A stretch of 18,261 nucleotides of DNA from an uncultured archaeon (GTDB lineage Archaea; Aenigmatarchaeota; Aenigmatarchaeia; CG10238-14), in assembly GCA_964601485.1 (NCBI GenBank), contig CAZRNP010000016.1, positions 1 through 18,261 of the forward strand. The letters are read 5' to 3'. The notes under the pieces were generated by a model, which searched no databases, was not told the DNA's origin, and worked only from the letters and a program-made list of their open reading frames with translations. Shown in pieces: positions 7,924 to 15,211 of this stretch. Within the stretch, counting starts at the first letter, position 1, and every line of letters begins with the position of its first letter. The position numbers and the translations under genes are program-made.

Positions 7924-10266
7924 GTGAAAATGTTGGAATTTAAACCGAAGATTACAGAAAACAGATGGAATCCTGACTTAGAGAAAAAAATAAAGGAATC
8001 TTGGGAAAAAGAAAAAATCTACGCTTTTAAAGTCAACACAAAAAAGAAGACGTTTACTATAGACACGCCACCGCCATACCCATCTGGGAGGCCATGGCAC
8101 ATAGGCGCAGCGGCTCATTATTCACAGATTGACATGATAGCAAGGACAGCAAGGATGATGGGGTTTGAAGTTTTTTTTCCCATAGGCATCGACAGGAACG
8201 GTTTGCCCGTTGAACTCTACACTGAAAAAAAATACGGTATAAATATCCATGAAACCCCAAGAGAAAAATTCATTGAATTGTGCACGCATGCCCTCGATGA
8301 CTTGGAAGCAGAAATGATTCAGATAATGAAAGTTATGGGGCTGAGCGGGGATTTTGAAAACTATTATCGGACAGACTCAAAAGAATACAGGACTTTAACC
8401 CAATCAACGTTCATCGAACTATGGGATAAAGGCCTAATCTACGAAGACACTAGGCCGAACAATTATTGTGTTAAATGTGGTACGACAATAGCAGACGCAG
8501 AAATAGAATACGAGGAATTGCCGACTGAATTGATCCATGTTAAGTTTAAACTAAAAGGAACTGGTGAAGACATAATAATTGCAACTACAAGGCCAGAATT
8601 GTTGTGCTCTTGTGCTGCTGTCATATTCAACCCAAACGATAAAAGGTACAAGAACTTAGTAGGAAAACATGCGATAGTTCCTGTATTCAATAAAGAAGTA
8701 AAAATTCTTCCAAACCCTTATGCAAAAGAAGATTTCGGTTCTGGTTTAGTCATGGTGTGTTCCTACGGTGATTATTCTGACGTAAGGCTTTTTAGGGAGT
8801 TGAAACTGGAAGAAATCATTGCTGTCACGCCTGAAGGTAAGACGGGTGAGAATGCTGGTAAGTATGCTGGGTTATCTGTCAAAGAAGCGAGGAAAAAAAT
8901 CATCGAAGATTTAGAAAATAGTGGATTAATCCAGAAAAAAGAGGAAATAATGCACAGAACTCCTCTCTGTTACAGGAGTAAGACTCCCATAGAAATAATA
9001 CCCATGAAAGAGTATTACTTGAAACAACTCGATTTTATTCCCGAACTCCTCGCGATTGCTAAAAAAATAAAATTCTTTCCCGAGAGACACAGGCAGATCT
9101 TGGTAGACTGGGTTAATTCTTTGACTATCGATTGGCCGGTATCCAGGAGAAGGTATTATGGGACAGAGATACCAGTTTGGTATTGTAAGAATTGCAAGAA
9201 AGTGTGTCTGCCAGACCCAGGAAAATACTATCAACCGTGGAAAGACAACCCCCCGTTCAAAAAGTGTCCTCACTGTAAATCTGATAAAGGTTTTGAAGGC
9301 GATAACAGGACTTTTGATACTTGGATGGATTCGAGCGTTTCTCCATTGTTCATTTCAAAATACAAGAAAGATGATGAGTTTTTCAAGAAGACTTTCCCTT
9401 CTAGCATAAGGCCCCAAGCAAAAGACATCATAAGGACTTGGCTGCATTACACTATTTTGAGGTGCTATCAGTTGACGAAAAAACCTGCTTTTGATGGGGC
9501 GTGGATAATGGGTTACGGTGTTGATGAGAAAGGAGAAAGGATGAGTAAATCGAAAGGAAACGTCGTTGACCCAATACCGATTTTAGAGAAATACGGCGGT
9601 GATATATTCAGGTTCTGGGACGCTGCTGAAGCTGGTTTGGGCTCAGATTTTAGGTATTCTAACGATAGGATAGAAGGGTCTGCAAAATTCTTGACAAAAT
9701 TGTGGAATATCTCTAGGTTTATCTCTATGTTTCCAGAAATGAAAAAAACTGAATTGACAGCAACAGACAAGTGGATATTGTCAGAGTTGAATGAATTGAC
9801 TAAAAAATGTATTGAAGGTTATGAAAATTTTGATTTCTTCATTCCTGCAATCGCGATAAGAGAGTTTACTTGGAATCTTTTTGCTTCACATTATTTAGAA
9901 ATGGCAAAGCCAAGAGCATACGGGCAGGGGTTTAACGAAAAAGAACAGGAGGCTGCTTGGTATACTTTGCACCTTGTCCTGAAGACTTTGCTTAAGTTAT
10001 TTGCACCCATTGCTCCTTTTATTACTGACTATACTTGGAGAGAGCTGTACGGAAAAGAAAGCATACATCTAGAGCTCTTGCCTAAGCCTGAATGGGGGTT
10101 TGGCCTTGAAAAGTTCACCGGACAAATAACAGAATTCAACACAAACATCTGGAAAATGAAGAAGGATAAAGGACTTAGCTTGAAAACAGAGGTTAAAATC
10201 GAGGTTCCGAAAGAATTGAAGGTATTCGAGAAAGATCTAGTGATGATGCACAATATTAAGGCTTAA
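7924..10266 (+). CDS. valS: Valyl-tRNA synthetase (archaeal type)
   Basis: Class I synthetase motifs: PPPYPSGRPWHIGAA (HIGH variant) and ERMSKSKGNVVDP (KMSKS variant); editing-domain TTRPE; zinc-binding CxxC pairs; C-terminal anticodon-binding region. GTG start. Confidence 0.93.
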   Translation: MKMLEFKPKITENRWNPDLEKKIKESWEKEKIYAFKVNTKKKTFTIDTPPPYPSGRPWHIGAAAHYSQIDMIARTARMMGFEVFFPIGIDRNGLPVELYTEKKYGINIHETPREKFIELCTHALDDLEAEMIQIMKVMGLSGDFENYYRTDSKEYRTLTQSTFIELWDKGLIYEDTRPNNYCVKCGTTIADAEIEYEELPTELIHVKFKLKGTGEDIIIATTRPELLCSCAAVIFNPNDKRYKNLVGKHAIVPVFNKEVKILPNPYAKEDFGSGLVMVCSYGDYSDVRLFRELKLEEIIAVTPEGKTGENAGKYAGLSVKEARKKIIEDLENSGLIQKKEEIMHRTPLCYRSKTPIEIIPMKEYYLKQLDFIPELLAIAKKIKFFPERHRQILVDWVNSLTIDWPVSRRRYYGTEIPVWYCKNCKKVCLPDPGKYYQPWKDNPPFKKCPHCKSDKGFEGDNRTFDTWMDSSVSPLFISKYKKDDEFFKKTFPSSIRPQAKDIIRTWLHYTILRCYQLTKKPAFDGAWIMGYGVDEKGERMSKSKGNVVDPIPILEKYGGDIFRFWDAAEAGLGSDFRYSNDRIEGSAKFLTKLWNISRFISMFPEMKKTELTATDKWILSELNELTKKCIEGYENFDFFIPAIAIREFTWNLFASHYLEMAKPRAYGQGFNEKEQEAAWYTLHLVLKTLLKLFAPIAPFITDYTWRELYGKESIHLELLPKPEWGFGLEKFTGQITEFNTNIWKMKKDKGLSLKTEVKIEVPKELKVFEKDLVMMHNIKA

Positions 10267-10347
10267 TGTGTCATTAATTCAGTATTTTAAGGGCGATAAT
10301 AGGCGAAAGGTTTATATTCTTTTCCTTCTATAGTTTGTAGGACGTTT

Positions 10348-11055
10348 ATGTATAGTCAAAGGAATAATGTTAATGACTGGGGATTGAAAAGAGAAAATAG
10401 TATTGATAATTATGCAAGAATTGTAAAGGCATCTATTGGCGGGATAAAAAAAACTAGATTAATGTCTGAAGCAGGTTTGAGTTTCACACAACTCAATGGA
10501 GTGAATAGACCGGATAAAAATACAGAGGGATATTTGAAAGAAGTTCTTTTATATCGATTAATAGAACCAAATAATGGAGATTATTGGACGACTGAGGAAG
10601 GTAAGGGATTTTTAAAACATTATCATAAGATGAGAAGTTATTTAAAACCAGGATATTCACCTAAATTCATTCCATCATCAAAACTACAAAGTACAAAACC
10701 CATTGTCGTTAAACAAAAAAAGAATGGAAAAAATCGTACTTTTTACGATATTATAGCTAGATGTGTAGAGGTATCAATTAACGGAATGAAAAAAACTAAA
10801 CTAATGTATGATGCGGGTTTGAACAATGAGAAATTAAAAGAATATAGGAATATACTCACAAGACTTGGATTAATGTTAGAAGAAGATAACAAGCTTTGGG
10901 CAACTGAAAAAGGTATTGAATTCTTAGAGGCTTATAAAATTACAAAGAATTATCTAAGAGACCCATCTGAGGTTTCAGTATCTATGCCAGTGCCACAAAC
11001 CATTATGCCAAATGGTAATGGTGGTTTTGTAAAAAATTTTCGTCAATTTAGTTAA
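10348..11055 (+). CDS. Tandem winged-helix DNA-binding protein (two HTH_45-like domains)
   Basis: Two copies of an archaeal wHTH pattern: ...YARIVKASIGGIKKTRLMSEAGLSFTQL...YWTTEEGKGFLKHYHKM and YDIIARCVEVSINGMKKTKLMYDAGLNNEKLKEYRNILTRLGLMLEEDNKLWATEKGIEFLEAYK. Confidence 0.8.
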   Translation: MYSQRNNVNDWGLKRENSIDNYARIVKASIGGIKKTRLMSEAGLSFTQLNGVNRPDKNTEGYLKEVLLYRLIEPNNGDYWTTEEGKGFLKHYHKMRSYLKPGYSPKFIPSSKLQSTKPIVVKQKKNGKNRTFYDIIARCVEVSINGMKKTKLMYDAGLNNEKLKEYRNILTRLGLMLEEDNKLWATEKGIEFLEAYKITKNYLRDPSEVSVSMPVPQTIMPNGNGGFVKNFRQFS

Positions 11056-11119
11056 AATCCTAAAACTTTTAAAAACTTAAATAAACGAATTATTAGTAAA
11101 AAGGAAAGAAATTATACAC

Positions 11120-11139
11120 AGGTGGATACGATTTAACAC
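11120..11139 (+). repeat. 20-bp direct repeat, copy 1
   Basis: AGGTGGATACGATTTAACAC, identical to 12542-12561. Confidence 0.8.
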
Positions 11140-11314
11140 ATATCATGATCAGGAAATCTTTAACACAGAATGCTTCTGAAAATTATAAATTCCCTAAGTT
11201 CTTATGGCCGAGGGAGATAATATCGTTCATGGACCCAATGAAATTAGAATCTCAAAGTTGATACAGTTACCAAAAAATCTATCTGATTCAGAAAAATAAA
11301 AAGAAAAGAAAGGT

Positions 11315-11482
11315 TTAAGCATCTCTAGCTTTCAATGTCTTTCTCCCATTTTCCTTTGCTCTATCAGCAGCCCTTTTAACCATAGCTGCTACATCTGTAT
11401 CAAGTCTCTTCAAGAACTCTTCACTTGCTCTTGCCTTTCCTTTAACTAATTCTCTAACTCCACTCTTAACGATTAAAGCCAT
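11315..11482 (-). CDS. Short histone-fold protein (55 aa), not in supplied ORF track
   Basis: MALIVKSGVRELVKGKARASEEFLKRLDTDVAAMVKRAADRAKENGRKTLKARDA; 'VKS.V.E', 'F...LD..V..MVKRAA.RAKENGRKTLKARD' is the histone-fold pattern including the R-T and RD elements; SD GGGGGTGG upstream of ATG. Confidence 0.85.
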   Translation of the reverse strand: MALIVKSGVRELVKGKARASEEFLKRLDTDVAAMVKRAADRAKENGRKTLKARDA

Positions 11483-11717
11483 TTATTTCCACCCCCTTTA
11501 TGATTAAATTTTCATTTAATGGATTTAATATAATAGAAAATCAAAAATATTTTCCTCTCTTCTTTCGCCTTATGTTGCTATCAAATGTATCCGACATGTG
11601 TGATAGTCTACCGAATTCATCAGGCATTATTTTCTTTTTTTGTGATGTGTAATAACCTTTTACCATTTTATTTCTCTCATTATCCTCATGCTAAATCAAG
11701 TTGCTAAAAAAGAAAAG

Positions 11718-11758
11718 GGGTTAGTATTTACTCGTTGCACACCAACGCTCTGTAACCC
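11718..11758. other. Nested inverted repeats in intergenic region (possible structured RNA)
   Basis: Outer stem GGGTTA (11718-11723)/TAACCC (11753-11758); inner hairpin CGTTG-CACAC-CAACG (11733-11747). Confidence 0.25.
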
Positions 11759-12090
11759 TCTGCCGCCATTCCTGAGACTAAATAAAACATTAATAGTCTC
11801 ATTGAAAATACTTTTAGTTTTTCCATTAAACTCACCTTTCGGATTAATAATAACAAGAAGATGGTGGTAGTGTATCACCTTAAGGCACTATTCACTTCAA
11901 GTTCAAAGTCATTCAATAGTTAAATTAAAGTAATCTGTTATATTATATATGTATTATAAGTATTAATATATATCTATTATAGTATAAAATAAAAGTGTTA
12001 CACAATAAAGGAAATTAGGAAATGATAATGATTGGTGGTAGTTTCTAATTGACTTATATTCATCTTCTATGTCTTCTTCGTCTACTTTCT

Positions 12091-12369
12091 TCACCCAACG
12101 CCTCTTTTTTTATCGTCTTTTTTAATATCTTCTTTCTTTTTCTCCTGTTCTCCTTTCTTTTTCTTAACCTCTTTAGTTTTCATAATTGAATTTTCTTTTT
12201 CCAATCTATCTACTAGCTTGCTTGTTCTGCTATGATAAACTATTTTTTTGTGTTTCTTTATTTTCTTCATCCATAATGGTTCTTCCATAACTATCCTTTC
12301 TCTTATCGAGAATAAAAATTTATTTGATTCTCCCTCTTGTATGTTTGCTACGATTAGGTTTACAACCAC
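12091..12369 (-). CDS. Possible small Lys-rich hypothetical protein
   Basis: ORF with a very basic/charged C-terminus (KTKEVKKKKGEQEKKKEDIKKDDKKRGVG); the true start may be the internal MEEPLWMKK. Confidence 0.35.
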   Translation of the reverse strand: MVVNLIVANIQEGESNKFLFSIRERIVMEEPLWMKKIKKHKKIVYHSRTSKLVDRLEKENSIMKTKEVKKKKGEQEKKKEDIKKDDKKRGVG

Positions 12370-12541
12370 GACACCTTTTTTTATTTACCATTTTTTTTCA
12401 CCTTATTTTAATTCTTTAATCTTTTGTTGAATTATATTCCTAAAGAACAAAAATTTATCTTTTTCCCAAATTATTCAATGGGATAAAGGATTTGAAAATA
12501 AAACAGTTAAAGATAAAAATGCCCTTATAAATTATTAACAG

Positions 12542-12561
12542 AGGTGGATACGATTTAACAC
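12542..12561 (+). repeat. 20-bp direct repeat, copy 2, just upstream of/in the aRF1 start region
   Basis: AGGTGGATACGATTTAACAC, identical to 11120-11139. Confidence 0.8.
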
Positions 12562-12589
12562 TGAATCCTTAATCAAACTGAGAAAACTC

Positions 12590-13759
12590 TTGAAAACACT
12601 TGAGGGTTTCAAAGGAAGACATACAGAGCTCATTTCCTTGTACATTCCTTCTGGCTACAACATTCAGGAGATAATAGGGATGCTTAAACAGGAATATGCG
12701 TTGACGCAGAACGTTAAGTCTAGGGCGACAAGGCATAACGTCTTAGACGCATTGGAAAAAGTCATGAATTATTTGAGGTTGTTCAAAAAAACACCAATAA
12801 ACGGTTTAGTGGTATTCTGTGGTAATGTTTCAAAAACAGAAGGACAGCCTGAAATCAACCTGTGGTCTGTAGAACCACCTCAACCACTGGCCCAGAAGAT
12901 TTACTGGTGTGACCAGAAGTTCATCCTAGACCCTTTGAAGGACATGGTTAGGGAAAGGGAAGTTTATGGCCTGATCGTCATGGACACTGCTGGTGCTGAC
13001 ATAGGGTTTTTGAAAGGTAAAAAAATCATTCTAGAAAAACACATAGATTCTTTAGTGCCAGGGAAGACTATCAAAGGTGGAGCATCACAAAGAAGGTACC
13101 AAAGAATAAGGGACGAGGCTAAGAATGAACATCTGAAAAAGGTTGGGGAGATAGCATCCAAAATTTTCAAAGAAGAAAAGGATTTGAAAGGCATAATGGT
13201 CGGCGGGCCTGGTTTCGTAAAAGATGATTTCAAAGAAGGGGAGTTTTTAGATTATCAACTGAAACAAAAAATTATGGGTTTGGTCGATACGAGTGATACG
13301 GGTATGCCAGGACTGCAAGAAATGCTAAAAAGAGGGGAATCGTTGGTACAAGAGGCATCTGCAACCAAAGAAAGACATTTAATGGAGGAATTTTTCGAAC
13401 ACTTGAAAAAAGACGATGGCCTATCTGTTTATGGGCTAGAAGAAGTTAAACATGCCCTAGGATATGGAGCAGTAAAGATACTTTTAATGTCTGAAGGGTT
13501 TGACTGGAAAAGAACAAAGCTGGTTTGTTCATGTGGGTACAGCGTTGAGAAGGATATAAGCTCTGAAAGGGTAGAAAAATGTCCTAAATGCGGGAATGAC
13601 TTGAAAATAGAAGAAGAAAAAGAGTTGAGTGAAATTATATCAGAACAAGCCAAAAATTTGGGCTCAGAAGTAGAGATAATATCTTTAGACAGCAGGGATG
13701 GAGAACAATTCAAAGAGATAGGCGGAATTGGGGCGATTTTAAGGTATAAAATTAACTAA
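12590..13759 (+). CDS. prf1: Archaeal peptide chain release factor aRF1 (atypical motifs; true start probably further upstream)
   Basis: TELISLYIP(S)G N-terminus, QNVKSRATR (NIKS region), YWCDQKF (YxCxxxF), VPGKTIKGGASQRRYQRIRDEA (GGQ region), C-terminal zinc ribbon CSCGY...CPKCG. TTG start as given. Confidence 0.92.
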   Translation: MKTLEGFKGRHTELISLYIPSGYNIQEIIGMLKQEYALTQNVKSRATRHNVLDALEKVMNYLRLFKKTPINGLVVFCGNVSKTEGQPEINLWSVEPPQPLAQKIYWCDQKFILDPLKDMVREREVYGLIVMDTAGADIGFLKGKKIILEKHIDSLVPGKTIKGGASQRRYQRIRDEAKNEHLKKVGEIASKIFKEEKDLKGIMVGGPGFVKDDFKEGEFLDYQLKQKIMGLVDTSDTGMPGLQEMLKRGESLVQEASATKERHLMEEFFEHLKKDDGLSVYGLEEVKHALGYGAVKILLMSEGFDWKRTKLVCSCGYSVEKDISSERVEKCPKCGNDLKIEEEKELSEIISEQAKNLGSEVEIISLDSRDGEQFKEIGGIGAILRYKIN

Positions 13760-13830
13760 ACATGGTTTTCTACCGAATGATAAACAAACTCTTAAATTTT
13801 TAATTATCCTCTTTAGTTCTAGTGATTTAG

Positions 13831-14616
13831 TTGAAAGTAAGAGAAGTTCTTGTTTACAGGCCTGGTGAAGAGATCAACATAGTAGAAAAACCTTTTAGAT
13901 GGGGTTTCTCTCAGACACCATACATGATACCGATGCAGAGAGAACACGATGAAATCATGAAAGTCCTACAGAACGAAGGAGTCAAAGTAAATTATCTGAG
14001 AAAAATGATCGGTTTTAAACCAAAGATGTACGTCTTAAGAGATGATGCTGTTGTTGTGGACAGAAAAGCGGTTGCATGCCATCTTTCTCAGGGGATAAGG
14101 AGGGGTGAAGAACAGATAGTCAAGTTAACGTTGAAAGAACTTGGGATAAAAATAGCTGGACACATCTTTGTTCCTGGTGTTTTAGAGGGGAGTGATTTGT
14201 TCTTCACGAGTAAAAATCATGCCTTCGCCATCGTGGGACCAAGGACCAACATGGAAGGCGTAAACCATCTTAAGGAAATTTTCAAGATAGATGTAACATC
14301 GATCCAAATGGACAATCTTTCCAGCACGCAATTCAACATCATAAACGATATCGCTGTCATAGATGAAGAATTGTCTTATGGTCCCTTGTTTACCGCCTTG
14401 AAAGAAAAGGAATATGACCTAGTCATCGCATCAAAAAAACAAGTCAATGAGATGGCCTTGAACTTCTTGCAGATAGACGATAATAAGATTGTCAACGTAA
14501 AATCAGAAATCAACAAAAAACTAAAGATGATGGGCCTTGACGTGATAGAGGTAGAGATAAGAGACTTGATGAAAGGAAACACTGGTGTTAGGAATATCTG
14601 TTTACCCTTCTACTGA
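13831..14616 (+). CDS. Pentein / arginine deiminase-DDAH-fold family protein
   Basis: EVLVYRPGEE, QREHDEIMKVLQNEGVKV, LRDDAVVVDRKAVACHLSQGIRRGEEQIVKLTLKELG, VLEGSDLFF, NTGVRNICLPF at the C-terminus. TTG start. Confidence 0.78.
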   Translation: MKVREVLVYRPGEEINIVEKPFRWGFSQTPYMIPMQREHDEIMKVLQNEGVKVNYLRKMIGFKPKMYVLRDDAVVVDRKAVACHLSQGIRRGEEQIVKLTLKELGIKIAGHIFVPGVLEGSDLFFTSKNHAFAIVGPRTNMEGVNHLKEIFKIDVTSIQMDNLSSTQFNIINDIAVIDEELSYGPLFTALKEKEYDLVIASKKQVNEMALNFLQIDDNKIVNVKSEINKKLKMMGLDVIEVEIRDLMKGNTGVRNICLPFY

Positions 14617-15099
14617 TTTTGAATACGTTACGTTTAGTTTAGAGGTTCGGACTATAATTTTTGTGAAATCTTTGTTCCAGTCGGTTTGAATCGCTGTGGT
14701 TTGCCCTGATTTTAAAGGATCTCTTGGTTTGTTGATTATGTTTACCTTATTCTCATCCACATAAACAGTGAAGTTAGAGATTTGTATTTTACCAGGGTTA
14801 GAAACAGTTATCAAAAGGTTGTTGTTAGAATCCCTAGAAACTTCTGATACCTCTATGTTTTGGAATATTCTCTTGATGTAATTAACAATGTCGAAAGAAG
14901 ATGGATTTTGTGGGAATAAAGGACCGATTATCGGTATTGACCTAAGGCTCGGTATCGAACCTAAGATGAGGTGACCGGCTATAAGCGCAAAAAATATTAA
15001 GATTAAACCTATAGCTAAGCTCTTGACTATTTTGATCATCGTGTAAACTATTACTGCTAAAATCAAAATGCCTATAATTATTGAAATGACCATGTTCAA
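14602..15099 (-). CDS. Small membrane-anchored protein with C-terminal extracellular beta-like domain
   Basis: Two N-terminal hydrophobic helices then a polar domain (NLLITVSNPGKIQISNFTVYVDENKVNI...); convergent 15-nt overlap with the preceding gene. Confidence 0.6.
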   Translation of the reverse strand: MNMVISIIIGILILAVIVYTMIKIVKSLAIGLILIFFALIAGHLILGSIPSLRSIPIIGPLFPQNPSSFDIVNYIKRIFQNIEVSEVSRDSNNNLLITVSNPGKIQISNFTVYVDENKVNIINKPRDPLKSGQTTAIQTDWNKDFTKIIVRTSKLNVTYSKSVEG

Positions 15100-15190
15100 T
15101 ATATTTGTAGCAGAATTTAAGTATATTTCTCAGTGGTGTTTTCATTTTTTAATATTTTTAAAACCATACAAAATTATTTAAATTTAAACA

Positions 15191-15207
15191 TGGATAATTT
15201 ATCCAGG
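15191..15207. promoter_or_regulatory. Candidate operator, copy 1
   Basis: TGGATAATTTATCCAGG; core TGGATAA-T-TTATCCA is a perfect 7-bp inverted repeat around one base; same 17-mer at 17511-17527; ends 4 nt before the ATG at 15212. Confidence 0.65.
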
Positions 15208-15211
15208 TTAC

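Noticed and set aside
8057-9770. Several antisense/alternate-frame ORFs over valS (8057-8260, 8463-8690, 8926-9273, 9158-9409, 9513-9770)
   Set aside because: They lie within a confidently identified valyl-tRNA synthetase and read as unstructured low-plausibility peptides; treated as shadow ORFs.
718-11295. Recurrent ATCTGATTC strings (about 721, 812 and 11282)
   Set aside because: Only 9 bp, no consistent orientation or gene context; expected by chance in AT-rich DNA.
11688-11878. Two mutually antisense ~60-aa ORFs
   Set aside because: Overlap each other almost fully, no SD or family resemblance; the region is better read as intergenic.
12964-13713. Antisense ORFs over aRF1 (12964-13233, 13429-13713)
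   Set aside because: Entirely inside a recognised conserved gene with no SD or family signal.
12590-13759. Stop-codon reassignment as the cause of the odd aRF1
   Set aside because: TAA, TGA and TAG all end convincing genes in this window (e.g. TGA after the DUF2330-like protein and pentein, TAG after the toroid protein), so no evidence for a changed code here.
14942-15145. 67-aa ORF overlapping the small membrane protein in another orientation
   Set aside because: Overlaps the better-supported 165-aa ORF that has clear TM and domain structure.
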